Shown: positions 53,306 through 64,000 of the stretch, piece by piece
Layout: each line of letters opens with the position of its first letter
Numbering within the stretch: the first letter of the stretch is position 1
Assembly: GCA_951804945.1 (NCBI GenBank)
Contig: OX638151.1
Location: 70,866,001-70,930,000 of the forward strand
From: Podarcis cretensis
Taxonomy: Eukaryota
DNA: 64,000 nucleotides
Direction: 5' to 3'
The notes under the pieces: generated by a model
Databases searched by the model: none
Told to the model about the DNA's origin: nothing
Seen by the model: the letters and a program-made list of their open reading frames with translations, nothing else
Program-made: the position numbers and the translations under genes

Positions 53306-55032
53306 ACTGAGGTACTAAGCACCTGCACTGCTCTTTTAATAAGAAAATAAGCAAACATCACTAGAACACCACCTTCTCACCCTTTGCTCCATTGCCCTTT
53401 CTCTTTAAGACTCTACAACTCCATAGACATTTTTATGCTGCTGTTGAGACGGGACTTTGGATCACAAGGATGAATTTGGGAAATACAACATGCAAGCACA
53501 GACATACTGCCTAATCTACGACAGGATCTTTCCTTGCTGACACTATATTTTCTGTATATGGAAGTATCTGTTCACACAACTCCCCCAAAACATGTCTCAC
53601 AGATTGCAATGGGCTGAGATAATACAGTCAACACTATGTCGTTGGAAATGCATTACTCTTTCAGGGAATGATTGTGTATGTGTCTAAGTTAAATCCCACA
53701 GAGCACCATTTTGTGCAGGTCAACTTCGTTTAGCAATAAGGTTTGATGCTAAAGCTTGTTACTTCTGCAGGCATGGAGCTTGATCATGTGAAGTTGTTTC
53801 AAATGGGAGATGCCAACGCCACTGGGATACTAGCAGCAGCACTCCCACATAGTGACAAAAAGTATGTTTCTGCCAGGAGACAAGTGTGCACTCATGCAAG
53901 AGCAACTCCCTATTGCTTTTGTTTCCCTCAGCCCAATGGAGCAGTTTGCCATGGCTGGAATGCACTTCAGCTTTTAAGCCCAGAGGCATAAAAACTCCCT
54001 CTAGGATGCATTACAAGTTATTTCAGAGAAGTGTGCAATGGTTTCCAAGCAGTTATTTTAAGGAAGCAGCTCCAGGTTGTTGTTGTTGTTGTTGTGTGTG
54101 TGCATGTGTGTGTGTAATTGCACCCCCACCCCTGCCCGGTGGCATAAAAAAATGTATGGGACCTCAATAAACTGCATTGTTTCCTTTGCAACTTGGATGT
54201 GTCTCATTTCTTTTGTTCCTTTGGTTGGTGCCTCCCTCCCCGTTTTATCTCTCAGCTAGTGGAACACAGAAGAGCATCAACCCTACTCCTTGTCTCTCTA
54301 TGAAGAGAGAAAGAGAGGGCAAAGAGAAAGCAAAAAGCTTTCCACTGAACAGGTTGGAGACAGGTCTAGCACGCTGTTGGGAGGAAATTGTGGGTGACAC
54401 CTCTGCTCAGAAGTCTCTCACAGGAGCAGCACAGAGGTTGCCGGGAATGTAATTTTTGCTCGCACTAGAAATAATTACCACACAGTTTAAGCTTGTACAG
54501 TAAGCCCACAACCATCTTCAATACTCAGCATCTCCAGGCAGGGCTGAGAGAAAACCTTGGTCTGAAACCATGGAGAGTCGCTGTCTGTCAGCAGAGGTGG
54601 AGCAATGGTCCCATAAGGTAACTTCCTATGTTCCAATTGTCTTGGAAGCAAATGCATTAGGTACATAAACGAGATTTTACAGTAAGAGTTTATGTTAGCA
54701 ATGAGTTAAACTGATACCCATTCCAATTGTTAAAATCTTATGGAGACCCCTGGGTATCGATTTCATTCAGCTATGGCCTGTTTAACAAGCTAATGAATAA
54801 CCGCAACTCTCATTATTCACTGTCATTCAAGCGACATCACAGCAGATAATATCAATACATACAAAGGTTAACACTAAATCTTTTGCTGGCCATGCCTATC
54901 CTCTGACATACCCAAGACCAAGTCAGGCATTAGAAAAACTTTTGCGGAAGATTAATGTCTTAATATTTATACAGTACTTTGAATGTTTGAAGGATTTCAC
55001 ATCCTCTCATTTTACAATCTTTCAAGGCAGGC

Positions 55033-55033
<1 letters not shown>

Positions 55034-55077
<44 letters not shown>

Positions 55078-55090
55078 CATCATCATCATC
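55034..55090. repeat. Compound (ATT)n(CAT)n microsatellite
   Basis: Read directly from the sequence. Confidence 0.96.
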
Positions 55091-55121
55091 TACCACCATC
55101 AGTTTCTTTGCTTAGGCTTAG

Positions 55122-55238
55122 GACTGTAAATTTGGAGGGACCCCTGAGAGTCAACCCCCTGCAATGCAGGAATCTTTTACCCAACGTGGGGGAACCCACG
55201 ACCCTGAGATCAAGGGTCTCATGCTCTACCAGCTGAGT
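55122..55238 (-). mobile_element. tRNA(Lys)-derived SINE, degraded
   Basis: Reverse complement resembles 49717-49855 (cccctgcaatgcaggaatc...cccacgaccctgagat..gtctcatgctctacc). Confidence 0.65.
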
Positions 55239-57030
55239 CCTCTCCTACTTGCATGTTGCTGCTGCTGTTGGGGCTGACACAGAAAGGGGTAATGGCTGGC
55301 CTAAGACCAACTAGTATGTTCATGGCAGAACTGAGGTTTAAACGGGGGACTTCCCGGCACTGGTTCTTAGCCATTGCACTACATAGCATCAACTATGCTT
55401 TGTAGTAAAACTGCAGTTCATAATTTGTGTTTCTATTCTAAATTGAAAATCAAAAGATTTTTTTTAAAAAACAGTCCACATGCATCGACTTTAAAATATG
55501 GGTTACTGTTATAATCTTGCTGCTACTTAGACACATGGCTAAACTAGGCATGGATTAACTGGGTCAAACTATATAAAGCACTAAAATCAGCTAAGACAGC
55601 ATAATTCATTGTTCTACTGGCACAGACAAAGCAAAGGTGGGGGGGGTAGGGGAAGAGGACAAAGACTAAAAGGAGAGGGAAAAAATCTCTATTTTTAACT
55701 GGCATAGCAAAAATTATTTGGCAATTCTATACCCTTAAGAAAAGCTCTTGTGTGCAGTTAAAACATCTCTTTTTAATTAGAATATTTAGACCGTCCTCCC
55801 TCTAGAACTGCCAGATGTCACAGTTCCACAGCACGTAATGGAGATTCCTTTCTACCTCAGCTGTTTCAGCCAGCAAAATCAATGTACCTCCACAGCGTCC
55901 CTTAGATAAGACTCTTGCGCCTGGCAGCCTACATTCATCCATCGTCTTTTCTCAAGTTATTATTGACAGCCCTAGGTTTCGGCAGTGGAAATTCCTACAT
56001 GAACAAAGAGTTACAGAAAGCAAAGTTCACCTAAGAAGTGCACACATAGCTAATGAAATAAAATTGCATGGAATACCAAACATAAAAGGATAACAAACCA
56101 GGGGTGAACCCTGGAAGTGAACCTCTATGAGCACACTGCAAGACTTAATTCCAAGTAAACGTGCACAGGATTCCAGCAAAGGAAAACTACCGTTAATTTT
56201 GAAACCACAAACAAAGCATCTAAGAACAGAGAACAAAGTATATGTGATCTTCCATTGCATGATTTACAGGTTGTCTACTTCAGATTCCTTAGGGAATGCA
56301 GAGCTTTAGCTATGGAGGGGCAGGGGCAGGGCTATCCAGGCTTTTTGCCCTGGATGAAGCCTCCAGAGGGGTGCCATTGAGTGTGTGTGTACACAAATAT
56401 ATGTGTGGGGGTGCCAAGCTAAGTCTTCAACCGGGGTGAAATAAAGCATAGTTTCGTCCCTGTGGAATGCATTGCCAAACTAAACAAGTTTTACAGGCAG
56501 AAATGCAGCGATGAAATGGAAAGCACAAAAATCAAAGGACCGTCTTATATTTAAAAAGCAAACATTCAATTTCACACTTCTCGTCATACTATTTAATGGT
56601 CAAGATAGGATTTTCAGAAAGCTTTTGATGCTCAGCTTCCCAGCAAGATGCCAAGCTATTTAGCAGCAAGTGAATTAACCAACTGTCAAAATGTGGAAAA
56701 TTATCTTATATTAAATGTGAGTAACGTTGCATTTCAGTCCTATTAAGTGTGCATTCTCTGGCCTTATTAATTTCCCAAGTCAGCCTTTTACTGCCTCCCG
56801 CAATCTACATCTCTGCACACACACCATGCATCAGGCTTCTTCATTCCCTTCAAAAAAGAAGGCAGTCATATGTGTACAAAGGAGGAATCTCTTCATGGAA
56901 GCAAATGGGACAGTCTTGACATTTGATTTGAGCACTGCAGGACAAGTTGCTGTCCATCAACCCCAGTACTCCGTTTGCAAATAAACTCCATCTCCTTCAA
57001 AGCTTTGTTGTGACGAACAACACTGGGAAG

Positions 57031-57210
57031 CCAAATACCTTATACCAAGTCAGACCATTGATCCATCCAGATCAGTAATGTCAACACTGACTGGCAGCAG
57101 CTCTCCTAGGTTTCAAGGCAGTCCCCCCCCCCAGCTCTACCTAGAGATTTCTAGGACTGAAACCGGGACCTTTTGCATGCAAGGAATGTGCTCTGCTGCT
57201 GAGCTAGGGC
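57031..57210 (-). mobile_element. tRNA-derived squamate SINE (Squam3-like)
   Basis: Reverse-complement similarity to 14341-14536 (gggaccttttgcatgcaa...ctgagcta). Confidence 0.65.
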
Positions 57211-57713
57211 TCTTCCATGTGGAAATTGGGGTAAAGTAGAATATATATCTAGCACAAGGTTAGCTGGTGTGCCAGATGTTCTTGGGACTGCAACTCCATG
57301 AGCCACCAGACAGTTTGGCCAATGGTCGCAGGTGATGGAGTCTGGACTTCAACAACATCTGCTGACAAGAGTAGCACCGCAAATCATACCTTGGTCCTGT
57401 TATGTGCCAGTTCATCCCAAATACCTTCTAGCCTTTAAGTCCTGCATTTTCAACCATTTAATAAACACAAGCTGACCAGCCACAAACTGCTTATTGGAAA
57501 GGTGAGAAAAACATCCGCTCTGCCACAATATGCACAATTATATATTATTATTATTATTATTAAAAGACGATGAAGGAAGAAATCTCAAATGCTGTTTTAA
57601 ATCTCCAGGAATCTGATCCCTCGAAGGCAAAGAACATCTGGTATCTTTTTCAGAGAGTTAAACCACGAGCTTTTCCAGTGCTGTCGCATTCAGTCCAGTC
57701 TACACATACAGAG

Positions 57714-57715
<2 letters not shown>

Positions 57716-57786
<71 letters not shown>
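57716..57786. repeat. Compound (CT)n(CA)n microsatellite at the start of DCBLD1 intron 1
   Basis: Read directly from the sequence. Confidence 0.97.
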
Positions 57787-57787
<1 letters not shown>

Positions 57788-57849
57788 TCACTCTCTCACA
57801 CAATCCTTCCGCGCTCGACAATAAACTTTCCCAGTTCAAAGGAAACGTT

Positions 57850-58400
57850 CAAAAATGGCCCCGGCGGCCCCGACTCACCGAGCTTCTCCGCGCAGCTCCC
57901 GAGCAGCCAAGCGGGCAGCAGCAGCAGCAGCAGCAGGAAGCGGGCGAGCGCCGGAGCCCCCGGCAGCAGCAGCAGCAGCCGCCGCCTGCAGCGACCCATG
58001 GCCCCGCGGGACTCGCGGCTGCCTACCTGCCTGCCCAGCCGCCTCTCTTCGCCCTTTTCCCGCCGCTTTGAAACGCCCGCGGCGGCCCTCTCCCGCTCGC
58101 CTGCCTGCCTGCCTCCTCCTCGGGACGCCCCCTCGACGACGGTGGCGGCGCCGGAGAAGCGGCTCCCCGTCTGCCCAGCGCCCGGCCGCCTCCCGCGGGA
58201 GAAAGGAAGCGAGGAAGGCGAGCGCGGCTCTTCCCATTGGACGGCGCGGCGGAGGGGCGGCTCCCAACGGGCCCGGGCCTCCCTTCGTGCGCCGAGGGAG
58301 GCGCGTCCGTCCGCCCAGGCGGCTCCTTTCCCAGCGATGGCTCGCTTGGAGGTGTTCGGTTCGAGCCTGCCTGGAAGCCAGCGGGGATTTACCCCGAAGC
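57850..58400 (-). promoter_or_regulatory. CpG island / DCBLD1 promoter and 5' UTR
   Basis: Very GC- and CpG-rich tract around exon 1, with a CCAAT box (58236-58240, - strand) and a GC box GGGGCGG (58254-58260). Confidence 0.85.
57879..57999 (-). CDS. DCBLD1: DCBLD1 exon 1 coding part: signal peptide MGRCRRRLLLLLPGAPALARFLLLLLLLPAWLLGSCAEKL
   Basis: Strong Kozak context GCCATGG, hydrophobic poly-Leu core and donor G|gtgagt. 121 nt, phase 1 matches exon 2. Lies in a CpG island. Confidence 0.9.
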
Positions 58401-58984
58401 CCTCCTCTTCCTTCATCTGGACGTGAGGGAATGGCACTCTGCCTGTACCCAGGTGCAACTCCTGTCTTCTCTAGTGTGTATAAAGTGTATTTCTTCACTT
58501 TATTGCACTATGCCAGGACTCCTTGGTTTAGGGACACACCTTCTCGTTTTGCCTAATGGCGCCCTAGATTTCTGTCCCAAAGCCTTGCCCTGATGGCATC
58601 ACTGAGCACACCTTCGCCCTCGAAAAATAAATCGCAGCACCCAGAAAACTAGCACGGGAGCCTACTAGAACTCTGTGATATCCACTCTTCTTTTCTAAAC
58701 GCAGGGAGTGTTTTCATGTGGGTTAAGTCATATGACCTTGAAGTCAAATATTGTGCATACATTAACTTGGAGGAATATCGCGTGTCCACCATCGTTATTT
58801 ATAATTGGTAAGTTGCTTAAACTGGGGCAGCCTCTAGGCAACTTGCAGTCAATCTTCATTACCCATGCGCTTGTTTCGATTATTGCAATGTGCTACATAC
58901 TTTTTAAAATGGCATGGAAACTGCTGTCAATTGAGAACAAGGTGGTTTGACCATATTATCCCTGTGCTTTGGCAACTGTAGTGG

Positions 58985-59127
58985 CGCCGAGTGCTTTTCT
59001 GGGCCCAACTTAAAGTGCCTTAAAGCTGGAGAAAGTGCTTCTGGGCATCCCACAGGTATCTGGTAGGCCACTGAGAACAGGATGTGGGTCACTGACCTGA
59101 TCCAGCAGTGCTCTTCTTATGTTCTTA
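58985..59127 (+). mobile_element. CR1-like LINE 3' end fragment
   Basis: ggccactgagaacaggatg...gacctgatccagcagtgctcttcttatgttctta. Confidence 0.55.
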
Positions 59128-59972
59128 ATGCCCTGAGTAGCTTGTGACCAGGTCATCTGAAATACTGCCTTCTATCCTATGTACCTAGTCCAACCTTAAG
59201 GTGCTCTTTGGAGACCCTTAAGGAATGAAGTGAGGTGGGTAAACATAAGGGATAAGCCCTTTTCAGCAGTGGCCACCCAGTTATTTATTGAGCAGCCTTC
59301 CTTCCCAGGAAGGTTCACTTGGCACTGTCTTTGTGATATTTTCTCATCATCCAGGCCTTTTAAACAACTGGAAGTAATGTGGACCGTTCAGTTTTAAAAT
59401 CTGTGCATGCGGTGAGGTTTTGTTTGGTTGTATTTATGTTGCTTTGGGTTTTGTGTCTTCTTTGTGTTCCAGTTGCTTTCTTATTTAAGACAAACTGTAC
59501 AGGGCAGCATCCAAATGCCATGATAATTAATTTGCCACCTCCCCTGCTGTTTCTGCACATCAGGCCAGAGTTTGTGCAGCTGGCTAACAAGAAACAGTGT
59601 TGGGAGTTTCCAAGTGTGAGTGCAGATTTGCTTTTGGAGGAATTTATTTGCTTTGCAAACTAGCAGTTCCATGTCCAGGTTCTTTCTTGCTTATCTAGTA
59701 TATTTGTAAAGAAATGGATTACGTACTAAAATGCCATAAGAGTGAAGTCCTGACCTGCAGAGCCACTGGCTGGAGGAGGTAGAAGTACCCCTCTGCTTGC
59801 AAAAAGGTGCTCCACCTGTGGAAGGTGGCATGCATCCACTGTGATGTGGATGTGCTGTGGGATGTGCACACAGCTGGGCTTAGATCTACCACCTGCAATG
59901 TTTGTGCTAGTGGCTGACCCAAAACAGAGCATTCAGCAGCAGGTAAGAAGCAGCCTTGTATCTAAGGCCCAA

Positions 59973-59976
<4 letters not shown>

Positions 59977-60014
<38 letters not shown>
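59977..60014. repeat. (TG)n microsatellite
   Basis: About 19 units. Confidence 0.97.
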
Positions 60015-60018
<4 letters not shown>

Positions 60019-60417
60019 GGGGGGAGAGCAGGATCAAAAATTCTAAAGTTCTGTTGGGAACCAATTCATTCTGCCTCCCATGTTTCCACTGACGCGTTAC
60101 CATGGTTTAGCAGTGGCTGTGTTAGAGATCTCACACACATACACATTTAGGATTCATCTGTAAATCATCAATACTCTGGACCAAACCTGTAGCAGCTGTC
60201 CTTCAAAGCTCCAACTGCTTGAACTGAGGAGTTTTAGAAGCCATATATACAAGTTGAAAAGATTTATCCATATTTGATTTGGATGCAGGGTTTAATTTTT
60301 TGGTTGCTTGCTGTTGTAATATAGGGCAACAGCACATCAGTTTGTTTCAGAAGCCATATTGTTCCATCATGTGCTGAACGAGATCCAGCTGCTCAGCCCC
60401 CCTTCCTTGCCTCAGAG

Positions 60418-60559
60418 CAGGAGCAAGTGGGGAACCTGTGGCCTTCCAGATGTTGCTGGACTACAGCCCCTGTTATCCCTGACCATCAGCCATGATAGCT
60501 GAGGCTGATGAAAGATGGAGTCCAACAACATCTGGAGGGCCACAGGTTCCCCACCCCTG
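60418..60559. mobile_element. hAT palindromic MITE, related to 5981-6115
   Basis: GGGGAACCTGTGGCC..CCAGATGTTG / CAACATCTGGAGGGCCACAGGTTCCCC arms, flanked by the direct repeat TGCCTCAGAG. Confidence 0.8.
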
Positions 60560-60758
60560 TGCCTCAGAGGATCTGCTGCTTGCCAACTGCTAGTGGGGAA
60601 GTCTGTTTCCATTCCATCATGAGCAGAGCAAGATGCAGCTGCTCAAGAATACTCCCTTGACTCAAGATTTTGGTGGGAACTGCTGCCTGGTCTGACATCA
60701 GGGAAGGACAAGGAAGAGGGCAGGAAATGCTGCCTGAATAATCCTAGTCCCTAATGTA

Positions 60759-61120
60759 GGTAAAGGTAAAGGTACCCCTGCCCGTACGGGCCAGTCTTGA
60801 CAGACTCTGGGGTTGTGCGCCCATCTCACTTAAGAGGCCAGGGGCCAGCGCTGTCCACAGACACTTCCGGGTCACGTGGCCAGCGTGACAAAGCTGCATC
60901 TGGCGAGCCAGAGCCGCACACGGAAACGCCGTTTACCTTCCCACTGGTAAGCGGTCCCTATTTATCTACTTGCACCCGGAGGTGCTTTCGAACTGCTAGG
61001 TTGGCAGGCACTGGGACCGAGCAGCGGGAGCGCACCCCGCCGCAGGGATTCGAACCGCCGACCTTTCGATCGGCAAGTCCTAGGCACTGAGGCTTTAACC
61101 CACAGCGCCACCTGCGTCCC
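60759..61120 (-). mobile_element. Full-length Sauria SINE
   Basis: Same family; 15-bp TSD CTAGTCCCTAATGTA (60744-60758, 61121-61135). Confidence 0.92.
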
Positions 61121-64000
61121 CTAGTCCCTAATGTACACTGAGTGATTTTGGTTCCTGTACCAAGTTTGAATGTGATCTTATTTTGAGAATCTTTTGGAAG
61201 CTTCTTTGAGAGCATCTCAGGACTATAAAGCAGGATGTAAGTATTTGCTTTATATTTTGCAAAGTTGTTTGTTCACTATGTGTTTGGACGCCTCTTAAGA
61301 TTTTGTAACCAAATAATGCATGATGTTTCCTGAAATCAAGGAGTGGGTTTTCACTGATGTTTGAATACAGTTGGAAGCCATTTTGAGTCAAGATGATGGA
61401 CTGAAATTTTCATAACTGCACTGATTTTAACCACTGATTTCCAAATGTGCACTGGTTGTTTTTGTTGTTTTTTTAGAATTCCCAAGCAATGACAGCTTTG
61501 AGTCTACTAGTTGTAAATAAAAAAACAAAATGTTCATTATTCCCTTGGTAGTATAAAGTGTTCATACCATTGTCAATTGTTTCCAGTATGAACTTCCCTG
61601 TGCTGAAATAAATGGCTGACCATCACTTAACACACCATTTTATTTGGTTATTATTCTACATCAGTGAGAACAAATCCCTGTCTCATGACCAGTTTAGTAT
61701 CTCATGCGTGACTGTCTTTCCAGTCTGTTCCAGCTTTAACAGCCTTGTTTTCACAAGCTCTTCTGTAATCTGCAGAGGTACATATCAGTCTTGAGCCAAA
61801 CTTGTTGGGGTTTTTCGTGGTCATTTTTCTCCCTGTATGTACAAAACAATGTTAAATGAATGGTTCCTGCAAACAGGCAGAGTCTATCAATACCAAGGCA
61901 AGACAGAGGGGTCTGTGTGGGTGTGAGAGTGAGAGAGACTAAGTTTGAGTTTTGCAGTCACAAGGGATTTTGTTTACTTTCTTCACATAAATTCTCTAAG
62001 TATTTGAGGGTCAGTTCGCCAAGCCAACTCATCTTCTGCCATACAAGATCACATAGTGAAATCTCAGTGTGAACAAGAAGAAAGCCTCCAGCTATCCCTG
62101 TGTTCATAGTAGTGCTTTCTCTAGCAGTCACAAAAATGACTGTGGATTCTGTGGATTCTCTCTCTCTCTCATTCCAATCCAGCCACTATGCATGACAGGA
62201 AAAATACAGTTGGTCTGCATGTATATCAGTGCCCTCATTGCCATGTAACACTAACCCAAACCATGGCTTCATGTGATTGAGAAAACATGGGAAGGAGGTT
62301 GTGGTCAATGGCCACTTTGCTCCTCCACAGCCATTTTCCCATTGTGCTGTGCTGAGCTAAGCCATGATTTGACTTTGCTTGGTTTAGCCCTTTCAGATAA
62401 CCATTAGCTGAGAACCATTGCCAAAATCTATGGTTTCTGTTCATCGTCTGTCTGGAGAGACCTAAATCACAAGCCCAGGTTTGAACAACATTCTAAACCA
62501 AACCATGGTTTAGCTCAGTGCAGCACAGCAGCAAAATGAGCAAAGCAGCCATGATCTCTCCTGGAGCTTATATGTTTGCTTCTTCATGCTAAGTACAGTA
62601 AGTCATGTTTTGATTTAATGTTATAGGTAAACTGGGCCATTAAATCAGCCTACGTTAATGATTCCAAAGGAGCAGCCTCCTTAATCTTTTTAAGCAAAGA
62701 CAACAACAAAAAAAGTCTGTGGCACTGCTGGATGTGATTTATTGCAGTGTGAACTTTTGGAACTGAAGCATTGCTGCAGGGAGTTACGGTACATGATCCT
62801 TAGGAAACACTGGCAAAGCTTTCAACCCCTCAGATTGTGGTTTTGTGTTGTTGTTGTTTTACTGTTCATTTCCAAAGCAATCCCATGTGACAAAGGAGCT
62901 AGAATGTTATCAAGAATATGCAAAGTGGGCTGGCTGGGCTGCTGTCTGTCAACTTTGCTCTGAAATGGGTTGCCGTGAAGAGATCCAGTCCTAAAGTGAC
63001 CTTAATCAGGCAGGGCTAAGTGAGTAAAGGACATCAAGCCTGGGACAGGGAATCTCCACTGGCTCAAACTGCAAGTAGTTTGCTAGAGGCATGTTCAACA
63101 TTCAGTAACAGGCACCCTCATGAATGGAGGCTATCATTCTCCAAAGTTTCTTAATAGGGAACAAGGGGCGTGCAAATCCTGACAGGTTCCCACAGCCTTA
63201 CGTCTGTCCACTGCCAAGTCCAACTGGGTCAAAGTAACTGTGTCAGCAAGCCTAAAGGTTTTCCCAGCCTAGCCAGCAGAAGGCATCCCACAATGACTTG
63301 GACAGCAAATATTTGTTTATAAAATTTATGAATCATCCATTCTACCTTAAAAAGCTCCCAAGGTGACATCCAATTCATCAGAGCTAAGCAAACAAACAAA
63401 ACCCCTAAACACTAAAACAACAACATCCAATCACTCCTAAACTGCAGGAGGCATCAGCATCAGTTTAAGTTTTAAAATGCCTGGGAAAGCAAAACAAACC
63501 ACTCTGCCCACAAATTCTAAGAGTGAGTTGGCCTGCTGAGCCTTTCTAGACAGTTGTATAGAGAGCAAAGTCTGCCATCACCAAATGCCAGACTACATTT
63601 TCTAGGTATTCTTTCTTGGACTGATGTAAACATTTAACAGCTTCATAGCAGCTCAGGTATAAATGCAAGTTTCAGTGAATTTTTTTGTAAACAAAAATGC
63701 TACTCACATATTCAGGTGGTGTGTTAAAAACAATTCTCCAGCTTTATAAGTGAATTTTGAAGAGCAATTTAAAACAAACAAACCCAGTTTACATGGATAT
63801 ATAAAATGTGGTTAAAGGTCCTGTGGTTTGGTTTTTTCTCAATTCATTTCAGCGAAATCTTTCTTTGAAAAAGCAATTAGACAATATTGACTGCTTATTT
63901 AAAACATAACTACACCCGCTTTAGTGCTTTTAAGAGGTGCTGCTTCTTTTAATATCTTGCCTCAAATTTCACAGGGAAGGTTGCAAGGAAATGATTTTGT

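Noticed and set aside
57796-58593. Five long overlapping ORFs (118-233 aa) on both strands, including an in-frame upstream ATG at 58416 that would extend DCBLD1 by 139 aa
   Set aside because: Stop codons are depleted in a CpG island and the products are low-complexity R/A/G/P. The upstream ATG lies 5' of the CCAAT and GC boxes, probably outside the transcript, and the extension would bury the signal peptide.

Overview
Vertebrate nuclear DNA, not prokaryotic. The SINE and MITE content points to a squamate, probably a lacertid lizard. The window holds two convergent protein-coding genes that can be reconstructed exon by exon from GT-AG sites and reading phase. (1) GOPC (PIST/CAL/FIG, coiled-coil + PDZ) lies on the + strand with coding exons 2-9 at 6881-16218, including the 24-nt neural microexon (SAPSVEDM). 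Its exon 1 is upstream of the window. (2) DCBLD1 (signal peptide-CUB-LCCL-FV/VIII discoidin-TM-YxxP tail) is complete on the - strand: 15 coding exons at 57999-28472, 2151 nt, 716 aa, with a CpG-island promoter at about 57.85-58.4 kb. This arrangement matches the known GOPC-DCBLD1(-ROS1) synteny block. The rest is intron and intergenic DNA with young Sauria SINEs, other tRNA-derived SINEs, hAT and Tc1/mariner-pogo MITEs, degraded L2/CR1 fragments, a Penelope-type palindrome carrying a hammerhead-ribozyme remnant, and microsatellites. Almost all listed ORFs that do not overlap these exons are spurious. I found no convincing novel multi-gene system. The most interesting details are a 62-bp duplication flanking a truncated SINE, the Penelope hammerhead remnant, the microexon and its splicing motifs, and a ninth YxxP motif in DCBLD1.
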